Source: Sphaerodactylus townsendi
Lineage: Eukaryota
Length of the DNA: 64,000 nt
Assembly (NCBI RefSeq): GCF_021028975.2
Contig: NW_025950341.1
Location: 1,116,001 to 1,180,000 of the forward strand
Reading direction: 5' to 3'
Below the pieces are notes generated by a model that was not told the DNA's origin, ran no database searches, and was given only the letters and a program-made list of their open reading frames with translations. Numbering within the stretch: position 1 is the stretch's first letter; each line of letters begins with the position of its first letter. Below are positions 25,863 through 38,600 of this stretch, one piece after another. The translations under genes and the position numbers were made by a program.

Positions 25863-27740
25863 GATCCCACCCCACCTCGAAGTTGGCCTTCGCTGCAAAA
25901 GGCAGGAATGCCTGTTTTCAGCTCTCATATACCAAAATCAAACATCTCTGGAAAGATGCAAATAACGGTTTAATTTAGTTTGTTCCTTCCTCCTATGTCC
26001 ACAATGGAATCAGACCCGAAGCCAACTCAAACAAACAGAACAAGAAGATTTTGAATGGCTCTCTACCCCCAATCACATTCTCTCTTGTAAGGTGGCTAAA
26101 AGTTCCTTTCCTTTCCTCCCCCCCACACCTTTGCTGGCCCCCCCCCCAACATCTGAGAGGCTGCCAATGCAGGGTAAATACTAGTATTGGGGGGGAGAGG
26201 GGATTCTTGGGGTAGAATTCTTTAGTTTTTAAAACGGAAGAATTTTATCTCAACCTATGCAGAGGGAACCTGTCTTTGCTGATGCTTGCTGATCCAAGGA
26301 CTGGGCTCCTTCAGTGGGAGACAGTCTGTTGGATTAAGCAGTTTGGAATGCCTCCCCTCCTTTCTCTCCTGTAAGGAGGATCTGGAGGTGCAGTGAGAAA
26401 ATCAAGGTGGGCGAAAATTGTCCTTTTCGCTTTACTCCCACACACATCTTTCCTGCTCCCCATTACTAACAACAGAGCGCCCCCCAGCAGAGGCAGAAAT
26501 GCAATGGCGGGAGGCAACCCCAGGGGGTAAGGGAAGAGAATCCCAGGGGCGGGTTTTTTCTGTTTTCCTTTGGGTGGGGGTGTTTGGGAATTGGGATCTC
26601 ATTTTGTTCCTCCTTTTAAAAACTTTTCAAGCTGCTCTGGCATCCGGCAGAGATCTTGGAGTTTCAACTTCCTTTAAAAAAAAAAAAAACACCTTTTCAA
26701 GCCTCATGCTGCAGCAGAGAGTATCCTGACGTCTCCGGTTTGGTTTTTTCCCCCCCAAGCTGCTTAGGGAGAGGAAATCTTGCAAAAAACACACCCCCTT
26801 TTAACTTTTTTACTTTTTCAAGCTGCAGTGTGCCAGCCATGGAGGGAGACTGGGACTCGGGAGTCTCGTCTCAGGAGGGGTTTTTTAAAAAAACTTTTTC
26901 AAGCCACTCAGCAGAGATGGCTCAACTTGGGGCAAGGAGGGAAGGGGGGGGCGATGGGCAGGGCCGGCGAAAACAAACCTCTCTCTCTCCTCTTGTGACG
27001 AGGCGGCTGCGAGGGACATGGGCTGCTGGCAGCAGGATTTGGAGAGGCAAAAGCCGGAGCCCGCTTCTTTCCCCACGTGCCTGTGCTGCCTTGCCTGCCT
27101 GCTGCTTCCTCCCAGGCCTGCTCTTTCCTTTCCTTCTGTGCTACTGCCTGGGCAGTCAGCAGGGGAGGAGGCAAGAACGCTGGGACAAAGGGAGGCGGAG
27201 CTCCCCGTCCTGCTCGGGTGGCTTGCTTGCTTGCTTGGGGTGAGAGGTGGAACTGGCCCAGTGGGCCACCGTCTGAAGTGGGCGGGGATAAGGCAGGAAA
27301 TAGGAAAACAATCTGGTCCACTGCTTTCTCTGCAAAGTTCTACTGCTTTCTCTGCAAAGGTTTGCTGGCGCCCCCACGTGACCAAACACGTGACAAAAAT
27401 TGGTGTGCCCGGGGACAAAGGGTACCCTTTGTCCCTAGGCAGGTCCGCTACTGCTAAAACCAATGGCTTGTATCCTACCACTCTGCTTAGCAAGCTGTGA
27501 AGCCTTCCTCCAACAGAAGCTCTTCGTCAAATGAAACGCTCCTTGTTCAGGAGGAAGGTTTTGTACTTACAATTCAGTTCTAAAAGGAGTTTTACCCTTC
27601 TGAATCCATTGATGTCACTGGGCCTAGAGTGGTGTAACTCTGTTTAGGATTTAATTGTTAGATACATAGTCAAATAGAACACAACCTACTAAATACAAAG
27701 TCACTGGGACAATGTATACTTGGTATTTCATTTTGTTAGT

Positions 27741-29570
27741 TTTACCCAGCTCTCTAATCTGTACAGATCATTTTGAATCCTGTCCCTGTCCTCCAGAGTA
27801 TTAGCTACCCCTCCTAATTTGGTATCATCTGCAAATTTGATTAACATGCCCTCTATTTCATTATCCAACTTACTGATAAAATATTGAATAGCACTGGGCC
27901 CAGGACAGAACCCTGTGGCACTCTACTACTCACTTCTCTCCAGGATAAAAATGAGCCATTGATGAGCACTCTTTGTGTTCAGCCAGTCAACCAATTACAA
28001 ATCCATCTAACAATTGCATTGTCTAGGTCACATCTTTCCAGCTTACTTGCAAGAATATCATGGGACACCTTGTCAAAGGTCTTACTAAAATCAAGGTATG
28101 CTACGTGCACAGCATTCCCTTCATCTACCAAGTTTGTCACTCTATCAAAAAAAGAAATAAGATCAGTCTGGCATGATTTTTTTTTGAGAAACCCATGTTG
28201 ATTTTCAGTGATCACATTATTCCCTTCCAAGTACTTAAAGACTGTCTCCTTAATGATCTGCTTTAGAACCTTTCCTGGTATTGATGTCAGGCTGACTGGG
28301 TGGTAGTTTTTTGGGTCCTCTTTTTTCCCCTTTTTGACGATGAGGACAACATTAGCTCTCCTCCAGTCCACTGGGACTTCTCCAGCAGTTCTCAAAGATT
28401 ATAGCAAGTGATTCTGATATTACTTCTGCCAGTTCTTTTAATACTGTGGGATGTAGTTCACCAGACCCTGGAGATTTGAATTCATTTAAAGTATTCAGGA
28501 ATTCATGTACTAGCTCTTTATTTATTCTGTGCTGAATTTCTCCTATTGTATCTTCTGATCCATTCCCCCCTCCCCCAGTTGAGTAGTGTTTTTCTTTTGA
28601 AGAAAAAACTGAGGCAAAGAAGGTGTTGAGTAGCTTTGCCTCTTCTCTGTCCCGTTAGAATTTCTCTATACAGTGACCCTATTATATCCCTTTTCTTCCT
28701 TTTGCTAAGGACATAGCCAAAAAAACCCTTTTTATTGTTTTTAAAATCCCTTGCAAGTCTGAGCTCACTCTATCACTCTGAACTTTAATTTTTCTGACTT
28801 TCTCCTTACATGTCTTGGCTATTCGTTTGAATACCTCTTTAGTAATTGCCCCCCTTTTCCATTTCTTGTACATGTCCCTTTTACATCTTAGCTCACTTGA
28901 GAGTTCTATAGACATCCCTCCTGATTTCTTTAGACACCTTCCATTTTTTCTCCTCATTGGAACTGTTTGAAATTGTGCCTTCAAGATCTCACTTTTAAGA
29001 AACTCCCATCCATCTTGTACTCCCTTCTCTTCTAGTATTCTTAACCATGGGATCACACCCAGTAGTTTCTTAAGTTTACTGAAATCAGCTTTCTTAAAGT
29101 CTAGAATGTGTGTCTGACTAGATTTGGCATCCCCTTTCCATTGTATAACAAACTCCAGGAGAACCTGGTCACTCCCACCTACCACTTCCACCCTATTAAT
29201 TCAGCTATCATTGTTGGTTAGGAGCAGATCTAAAATAGCCAATCTCCTTGTTGCCTTGTCCACTTTCTGGCAGAGGCGTAACTCCAAGGGTACATGGGGG
29301 TGTGCGACGCACTGGGCACATGCCCCTGTGGAGGTGTGGCAAGGGCATTCCAGGGGCGTGGGGGCATTTCAGGGCAAGGCGGGGGCATTCCATGGTGGGA
29401 CGGGGTGGAGGACGTACCAGTGCCCTGGGTCCTTTCCCCCTTGCTACGCCTCTGCCTTCTGGACCATGAAATTGTCTGCAAGGCAAGAGAGGAAACTGTT
29501 GGACCTGGTAGTCTTGGCAGAGTTTGACTTCCAGGATATATCTGGATAATTGAAATCTCCCATTACTACT
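27741..29570 (-). mobile_element. CR1 LINE ORF2 fragment (EN end to RT), truncated at both ends and disrupted
   Basis: [91 protein letters not shown]. Confidence 0.95.
29271..29454. mobile_element. hAT MITE inserted in the CR1
   Basis: Perfect 10-bp TIR cagaggcgta / tacgcctctg; TSD ctttctgg / ccttctgg. Confidence 0.9.
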
Positions 29571-30045
29571 CAGCTGATTCCTGCACCCAGCTCTCTCCTG
29601 CCACCTCCCATCACCACATGGGCTTCGGAGATGGTGAGGCAGCCATGAGAACTATGTATAGGGTTTAGTTCAGCTAATTCCTGAACACAGCTCTCCCCTG
29701 TCACATCTAAAGCCCAAGTGGGCTCCAGAGATGGAGGGGTGGCCAGGAGAGTTGAGTGCAGGAGCTGGCTCAGCTAATCTCCACACTCAGTTCCCCTGCC
29801 CCCATGTCCAAGTGGGCTTTCAAAGGTGACAGGGGAGGCAGCAGAGCTGAATGCAAGTATGGCCCAACAAATCCTTGCGTTCAGCTCTGTGGCTTGGATT
29901 TTTTTTAAAGATCCCCCTCCCCCTGCTAAATCGGAAAAATTGAAAAAGCTGGTATAGGGGTTTGGTTTTTTTAAAAAAATGTCCAGGTCTTTTAAAGCCA
30001 AACCCAAAAAATGTCCCAAACCCCTATGTGAACACCCCATGCACA
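29571..30045. repeat. Three diverged ~100-bp tandem units plus a probable DNA-transposon end
   Basis: Units begin cagctgattcctgcac (29571), cagctaattcctgaac (29671) and cagctaatctccacac (29772), each with a tgggct core. Confidence 0.55.
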
Positions 30046-31375
30046 ACTTCTAACTATAAGCCCAGGTATGTCATCCTTCCTCTTTCTGCATTTCCATTGT
30101 GATATGCCAGTGTGGAATGGCATGTATTATATCACAAGCAGAAGAAGAGGAAGCATGCTGCACACAGCCTATCATTTGAAACAATATGTATATCCCCCTA
30201 TTTGGAGAGGTTTCAACCTTGCAGCAGATGTGAAAAAGAACTAGTTCAATTCTTCATACTTCACAAACGGTTAGCTTGGATCCTAAGCATCGTGAGTAGA
30301 GGTGTGCAACTCTCCCCTTCCCTTCCCACTGCAATCTTTGCCTAACTGCACATTTGGACTCTCAGGAATAGCACAAAGTACAAATCAGGCATCTGTAGCA
30401 GGAAGTGACAATTGATAGAAATTACAATGTAGTCTGGATCCAACCAAAATGCTGACCCAGTTTTCATGAAGAAATATTCCATTTATTGTTAAATTTAACA
30501 TTTCTACTAAAATTTGAACCTTGTAGGATTCAAGAGTTTTTGTCCACGTTGCAATAATCTGAAACAACAGATGATTAATGAATGACATTAACCACATTTA
30601 TAACTGTAAGATTTTTCATTTCAACTATACTATCAGTCAAATCATACACAAATTTTTCACAGAATTCCAAGGTGAAAAAGTGGTCATATTCTTAACAAGT
30701 TACACAGGAATTCTAACATGAAATAGTATTAATATATTAACCAGTACCTTTACTATTAACAATGTTATGATATTACTAAAAATGCAACTTCTACAAATAA
30801 TTATATAATCAGGAAATTACAGGAACAAAAATGTTACTGTATACTATTAGACCACTGGTCTATAAAACATACTATTGTTACTCTGGCTAGTAGCAATTGA
30901 ATAGGCTTTTAGTTTTTCCCAAGATCTGCTAGTAGAGGCCATTAAATAGATGTGCTAGATATTAAATCTGGAATATTTTGCATGCAAAGCAGATTCTCTA
31001 CAAATGGTCTTATCAGCCTCCATAAGAGACAGTTTCAAGGCTGAGATGGACCCAACATTGAAGTTATTCTTGATTTACTATACCTTTTTCAACATAAAAA
31101 TGATCCCATATTTGAGAATTCCTCTGCCATTTTCTGGACTGGCTTTGTTCTAGAATGCTCCACTTGGACCCTAGTGCCTTGGGGACAGAACTAGGTAGGT
31201 ACCAGGTCCCAAATAGATCATTCTAGATAGAAGAAAGACAGTCCAGGAAATGGCAGATGAATTCACAAATCTGGGGTCATCTTTATCCTGAAATAGGTAT
31301 AGATGCTGCAAAAATACTGCTCACGGGGGTTTGGAAGGCTCAGCCCCGGAGTCAGTCAGTATGGTCCTTAAAATA

Positions 31376-31856
31376 CCATATATACTTGCGTATAAGCCGA
31401 CCCTTATATAAGCCAAGGCACCCAATTTTACCTCAAAAAACTGGGAAATTTTATTGATTTGCGTATAAGCCGAGGGTGGGAAAGATCCATCAGGAGGCAC
31501 GGTGCTGAGCCGGCAAAGGAGCCATAGCTGGAGGAAAGGAGCGCACCAGAAGCCTTTGGAAGGCTTTTTAAGGAGGGGCAAGGCGGTGCGCACGGGTCTG
31601 GGGAGAGGGTAAGTGGCTGAAAGCAGGAGAAAGCGAAGCAGAGAATGCCTCCTCCCCCTCACTAACTCACACTTTCTTTCTTACAGGCTCAAAGTTTAAG
31701 GCGTTGTTTCAGGGAAGCTGCCGGCTTTCTTTCTTGCAAGCTCTAAGTCTACAGGGAATCTGCCGCTCGAGGCAGCTTGTCTATGGTTTTCTTAAAAGGG
31801 CAATGCTGCAGCTAAAAAAAGGCTGAAAAAATTGGCTTATACGCGAGTATGTACGG
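31376..31856. mobile_element. Tc1/mariner (pogo/Tigger-like) MITE
   Basis: TIR ccatatatacttgcgtataagcc / ggcttatacgcgagtatgtacgg flanked by TA on both sides; internal tataagccga repeats. Confidence 0.88.
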
Positions 31857-32449
31857 TATATAAGATCCTAACAGCCGACACTTTATATGTATATTTGGAA
31901 ATGTATCCTGTTCAATGGAAATTACATCAAATAAACATGCTTAGCACTGGAATCCAACAGCATTTCAATAAGTACACATTGTCAAGTTCAAGAAGATAGG
32001 GCAATGTTCAGAAAGAATAAAAGAACTGTGTATAGTTGTATAATTGTGAATGTAGTCTCAGTCAAACAAAACTTTGCTTAATATTATGATGTTTCAGTCT
32101 AAGGAATAAAGTTATTGTGACATACATCGAAATAGTAAGAAGTTGGTTTACTGTAGTTCCTGTCCACATTGAATTATTTGGAGAGACATGCTTTTTTCCA
32201 CTCTGAAATTATAGTCCAATGTTATAGTTTCACAAATACAAAACAGAAATGTCACATGAAAAAAATTGTTGCAGAAATAAACTGTTCATGAAATAAATGG
32301 AACTTTAAAAATATATGTTTTCATATTGCTTAAAACCAGAGAATTGCCATATTGCTGTATTAAAAACTTATGTATATTGAAAAGGCAGGAAAGAAACTCC
32401 TGATGTATCCATCTTCCTCTGTTTTGCAGCATTTCATTCTCAAACAATG

Positions 32450-32455
32450 TTTATT
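32450..32455 (-). terminator. Candidate polyadenylation signal AATAAA about 75 nt after the PLA2G4A stop
   Basis: tttatt on +; no obvious GU-rich downstream element; alternatives at 31450 (inside a MITE) and 30482. Confidence 0.3.
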
Positions 32456-32529
32456 TTCTCACAATAATGTCCATGTGACGAATCCAGATCCTTCTGCTTC
32501 AAGGCAAAGAAGGCTGCAGTGAATTGACC

Positions 32530-32658
32530 CTAGGAATGGTTATTGTTTTGGGGCTTGTTGAAGTATCGCCTTGCCTCCACACTGCTGAGGGACACGGAAC
32601 AACGGGATGGGTTCAGCCTCCGGTATTCAATGCTGTCTGCTATTGCTTCCTTGATTAT
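32530..32658 (-). CDS. PLA2G4A: PLA2G4A last coding exon: IIKEAIADSIEYRRLNPSRCSVSLSSVEARRYFNKPQNNNHS*
   Basis: Acceptor ttctgtttttcag; RCSVS motif (S727 equivalent); TAG at 32530-32532. Confidence 0.96.
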   Translation of the reverse strand: MIKEAIADSIEYRRLNPSRCSVSLSSVEARRYFNKPQNNNHS

Positions 32659-35600
32659 CTGAAAAACAGAAGAAAAGACACTGCTTTGAGGATGGCACTG
32701 AGCGTGTGGGTGTCTCAGACATTTCTCCAGCTGCTCTGGCAGGCACCACTGTTTAGTCAATACTGTTTACAGTTTGAAAATCATTTCTCTGAGCTTGTAA
32801 ACACTGTGGAGGGAACTACTGCAAGTGAAGGTTGTTGCTTTAAAAGAGACAAATATGAAATCAGATAGCACACATGGAGCTGTTGATGTTACTCCAAAAG
32901 GCAGATCGATTAGTATGTCTTATACACAACGGCAGCTATTTAAATGTGATTTATTTCCAAATCCATCTTTCCTTGACTTGAATGCTAGATGTAGATTATT
33001 GTTCTGTAGCCAATATGGCCAATTTCTGTAAACTGTGGATATGATTCTAGTCTTTGGACAGTGATCTGGGAGCTAGGAGAGCATTTTGATTCACATACTT
33101 GTTCATACATGGTAAGACTCTACAGCAAAGTTGGCACAAACAAATAGTAACTGCCTGCCAGTTATAGAAGAAAAGAACTAAGACACAGTAATCCAACCAG
33201 ATATGCCCATGTATTACAGAAAATGGGGGGGAGAGATGGATGTAACACTCAATGCAAAGAATTTCACTGTTCTTTATAACTTAAAATCATTCATTACTTT
33301 GTGTGTGGGACTGTGAGGAATTTGTTAGATATTTATTTAGTTAAAACCTTTATTAATTATCTTACTTATGATGCTCAGTATGGCTTTCAACAGGGATAAA
33401 ATAAGTCAACTGCAATTTAGGGCTACTAGTAATAAAATGTAATCCTAAATACAACTATCTTTATCACCTCCTAAAGGCAGAAAATGATGGGGAGGTTGTT
33501 CCATAATCCTGGGGTTGCCACTAAAAAAGTAAAACTATAAGTTAGGAACCATGGCCACACAGCCCAGAAAACCCACCAGAACCAGTTGAATCTGGCCGTG
33601 AAAGCTTTTGACAATATATGGAATGGTATGTTTTTCTTTTTCTGAGATACAGCTCATGGGGTCAAATGAAACAAGAAGTTAACTTTTATTTATGGTTTGA
33701 ATATAACACTGTAGGAAGTAAGGTCCCTGTTAGAATGAACTTTTTAACTGTGGTCCTATTTTCAGCCAGCTCTAAGCAGTTTTTCTCTACAGATTCACTC
33801 AGTCAGACATGGTCGACTCCTGAGCGGCCAACTCCCAAGCTGTCAACTTGCCAAAATTTCATCAGCTCTCATTTTTAGCTTCCAGGGAGAGTTGGAACCC
33901 AGCTTGTTTATCACGTTGAGTTAGAGCACATTGAGTGAGACCACATGCATATATAAAGGGGGCAATGTACCAGGCACAGATATGATGTACTGATGAAAGC
34001 TGACACTGCAAAACATATAGAAAGACTGCATAATATGATTCTTACAATTATACTGCTGGGGCACTGCCATGTGCAAATGGTATAAAGTATCTGATGACCC
34101 AACTTGTACAGATAGCAGACACTCAAAATAGGATGTGTGTGTGTAAAAAGATCACTAGTGTTACCTTTTTATGCTTTTATACACAGGGGAATTCATTGTG
34201 GGTATGTGGATTTGGGACTCCATATGAAATACTTACAGCTAAATTAGGGTAACAGCTGCTAAGATTATTATCCATGCCAAATACTCAGTTATTGTTAATG
34301 GGGCAATGTAATTAAAGGGATTTCAAAGAAATACACAGCTCTGGCCCAGAATTTAATAGAAGTACTAATCAAAGTGGAGGAAACTGCTCAGTTAAATATT
34401 TTAATAAATCATTGGATAGATAATTACAGATTAATGTCAGCCTCTGAATTAATTTAAAAGATGTAGCCGTTTTGAAGAAAACTATGTTTGAAAGCTAGCA
34501 TAAAGATTACAATGCAAGCTGTCAAATCTTGTTATCTCTTATTTTAAAAACACAGTCTGCCCCACCCTGGTTTATCCGTGTATGTATTTGTGTTTTATTT
34601 TTGTACACACTGAAAATTAATTCAAGCTGAAGGATGAAATATAGCCAGCAGCAGGCGGCGTAACCTAATCACATTCTGAGAAGAGCTTGGCCACCGGTGG
34701 CTGGGGGGCAGGGAATACTTTGTCTAATTAAAATGATAGCAAAGCGGGGGGAAAACTTAAATCTCTCATCACTCAGGCTGACGGCACTGGCAAAAAACTG
34801 TGCACTGGAGTCAACCCTTTGACATAAAACTAGAAGAATAATAAACATTAAAATGGTAATATTATACCATTAATTTGCTTAAGAATAGGTTAATGCTTCT
34901 TACAACTTCTTCACTTAACTTAAATATTTTAATACTGATATTTTCTTTCCATACTAATTTACATATTTTAATCTGCATCTGGAAAGAGAATTGGGGTGTG
35001 TGTGTGTGAGGAGGTAGTAGTTCATAACAAGGGCTTAACTGTCCTCAGACATCCCTTGGTCCTCTCTGCCTGTTCACCTGGCAGGGTGCCTTACCCCACG
35101 TCCATTTCAGGAGCTGTGGCAGAAACCTAGCCTCAGTGAGAGTTGGAAAGGATTATTCACCCCCTACTTGCCCTATTCAGTGTTTATTAAATAATATTGT
35201 CATGTATATCAAGAAAGAGTTTGCTCTAACAAGAAGTCTGTCCTCAGAGTCAGCCTGACCATTGGATTTACAAGTCAGTTGTGCTTTTCTTTTACCTTCC
35301 TGGTCCAGCATACCTATTCCTTGAGGGGAAAATGGCAGAGCTGGTTTTACACACAAGGTCAGTAAGTTACAACTTAGTTCAACTGGATTTACACATCAGC
35401 TCAGTAAGTTACAAATCATTGAATTTGCTGTTCCCTTTCCTTACCTTTAAGTTGGGGCAGTCTATGAAGAATTGTGTTGTAATCGCCTCTGTTATTGCAG
35501 TTAGTTAGCTGAGTGTGTGCAATTTCTGGCACATCTAGTCTTGCACTTATGCAGACAAATGCTATGGCGTCTAAGGTCCCCTTGTGTCAATCAAAGCACA

Positions 35601-38600
35601 CTCTCCATTATACTTACATCTAAGTTGTTTAGAGTATTAAATTCCATCAAGTCATGCAGTCTCTTGAAAGCCTCATTCGAATACTGGAAGTTGAAGGTGG
35701 AGAATGGTGTATCGGGGTCATCAAAAATATCAAAGTCAGCAAAATCCTTTTCTTCCTGGGTATCTCTAGGAACACCTATGAGTAAACCACAAAGAAGCAA
35801 CCATTTTAAGATGCAAAGTGTCCAGAAGGCAAACAATATAGTACCATTTAGTAGCACTGAATAAAACAAAGCAGAATTTAAATGGTAGGTTCCTTCAACC
35901 AGAGATCTGCTTTGGATTGTTACTTTGCAATATAGTGTTATTAGACTGATGAAGAATTCCAATTTATGCTATTGAAGAATTATTGTCTTCGTTGGCTGCT
36001 ACTTTTATGGCTGCGGATTTGAATGGTTTTGCTGCTATGAAGTTATGATTGAATTGCTTTAACTTGCAGTTTTATTGCCCCCCCTTTTTTTTTCAATTGT
36101 TAGCTCTTTTGAGCAGGTCTCTACTAGGAACTCCATCCCATTACAAACATGACAAGAGTTCAAGGCTGACAACTTTTATAAACCGAACAAAATCTACTTG
36201 ATTAGACTAGCCTCAGGATAAAGTAAAAAAAAAAAAGAACAGTGAGATTTCCATGTATTTAGTTTTGTTCGTTTGTTAGTCAATGCTATGAAGGATGTGG
36301 TTGGCCACAACATACCTTTAATATATGGTGGACTGTCCATTCAACAAATAGTTAGCCAACCACACCTTACTTTAGTATAAGGATGTTTGAAACTGTCGAT
36401 TAAAGAGATTTTGGTAGTTTGGATGCTGTGGAGGATTTCTGCTGATGGAAGGAAAGGCAATTTTTTCTGACTTTTCCCTCATGTTGCTCCGGGTGGGGGG
36501 GGCATCCCACCACTGATTCCCACCACCACCACCACCACCACGAGCAGCATTTGAAGGGACAATTTGGTTAGCAGGAGGAGAAGGGTGGCAAGGAAGTCAC
36601 ACTCTGCTGACAGAAATCCTTCCAACAGCGGGTCTTAGTGGGATCCAAGTCAATGTTTTTAAATTATACAAGGGCAAAGTCTCTTCTGCAAAAAAGAGAG
36701 TGCATATGATATGAACGCACACATACTTGTCCTGGGTGTCCAATAATCAACATTGGGATATGCAGTGAGCTACAAGAATGATGATAACTGTTAAAGTCAC
36801 ACTAATTTTTAGAAAATATGCTATTTTTAGAAAATATGCTATGCTATCTCTACATAATCCAGTATTATTGGAGAGGGGGGGCTTTTGACAACTCACCTGG
36901 TGCTTTGAACTTTCTGAAATTTATATTAGCCAAAACAAAGTGGATAATTGTTGGACAATCGATGTCCGATGCAGTATTCTTGGGTTTGAAGATGTAGCAC
37001 TCCTTTAATCCCTCACGATCAAACACATGTGGGTCAATTTTGGGGAAAGGAAGTTTGTTCATTTTGGCCCATTTTTCAGCAAGTAAAATTTCCTGGGGGG
37101 AAAAATCAAAGGTTTGTATATTCACAGCAAGCTGATGTAATGAAAAGGAAAGTATGAGGTGGAATGTATTCAATATGATAATCACTACTATGCATGTTAC
37201 AGAAAAAGAACAATAGCAAGAATGTGTGGGTAAGGAGTAAAGATAACAGAAATTTCACATCTGTGTAGAATCTGTGTCCTTGGTAAATGGAAACCCCCCC
37301 CCAATTCCTCTAGTATTATGTGGATGGGGAAACATGTTTGCCACTAACATAGAGCTCTGAAGAAAGACCCACTCAGTGAAGCGGCTCACTGAGATCCAGA
37401 ACAACCAGAGAAGGTACAGATGAATATAATGCTGTGTGTGCTATCTTTCAGTGATATTTTTAGTAACTGCTGTGAAAGCACTAAGAAGAACCTGTTAGAT
37501 TCCTGGAATGAACTCCTAAGTGGCTAGGACTCCCATTGAGGAAAGGCCAGGAAGCATCTGCACACCACCAAGTCTAACTGAGTGCATAGTTTTGGGATAT
37601 CAGCACATCTACTACATGATCCCTCATTGGCTGAAATCTCTTAAAGAAGAATGAGACAGAGTGCAAAATGGCTGCCAAAGCAACAATAAAGAAGGGTTGT
37701 GGCTCATGAATAAAAGGTACATTGAGGACTTCAGCATCTCATTCTCCACAATCCCACTCCACCATTGTTATATATTATCTACTTAGAAAAAAATGTGAGG
37801 AAGGGTACAACTACCTATATCAGTTCCGTTTGGAAGAGAGAACACTGCAGACTTAAGGTGTTATTTTAGCTATTTGTTTTACTTACAGCCATATAGAGCA
37901 AAGACAGAGGCACAGAAACACTATTGTACAGGAGGATCCATCAGATCTCAAGGAGAGAGATCTTATCTCTCAGAAGCTTCAGAGAAAACACAGCACTTGT
38001 TTCCAAACTCAAAATCTACTGTCCCACCCCCTCTCTCTCAAATACACACCTCTCCCCCACACACATTTACACAGGAGGAATCACCTACACCAAACTCTTC
38101 TGGACTTAGAAGGGGTCTTTTGCTTAACAATTAGCACCTATTAAGAATGGCCCAGGCTAGATCTCACAAGATAAGCAGGGTCTGTCCTGGTAGTTCTTGG
38201 ATGGAAGACCAAGAATACCAGAGTCACTATACAGAGGAATAGCACCACTTCTGTTAGTCTCTTGCCTTCAAAACCATATTGGGTGGCCATAAGTTGCCTG
38301 TGACTTGGTGGCACTTTATGTACACAAAAAGAATCATCAGCTGACCATTCTGGACAACTGACCCAAGAAGGAAGAGTAATTTGGAAGCTGAAACACCAGT
38401 TTCTATGTGGAGAAAAACTGGCTCACCACTTGCAAAATAACATGAAGGCATATAATGACAACTTCAGAAAGCAGGTTAAATTGAAAGATGGGAACCGGCT
38501 CAAGATCACATAATGAGCTTTATGGCATAGTGGGGATTTAAACCTGAGTTTCCCTGATATTGTTTGCATTCTAACCACTATCTTGCACTGGAAAGCCAGC

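Larger units (their letters stand above)
23197..27453 (+). mobile_element. 4.26-kb non-autonomous hAT element with cargo and nested insertions
   Basis: Perfect 8-bp TSD ctaaaacc (23189-23196, 27454-27461); imperfect TIRs caggggcgtacct / aggtccgctactg; left ~250 bp equals the right end of 59073-60263; no transposase ORF. Confidence 0.85.

Noticed and set aside
26656-27500. Overlapping 126-202 aa ORFs on both strands
   Set aside because: GC-rich low-complexity DNA inside a transposon; ORFs in most frames, no recognisable domain and no transposase motifs.
35776-35962. N-terminal extensions of exon-containing ORFs (also 37093-37185, 42058-42100, 51414-51456, 57126-57216)
   Set aside because: Intronic read-through upstream of clear AG acceptors; homology starts exactly at the splice sites.
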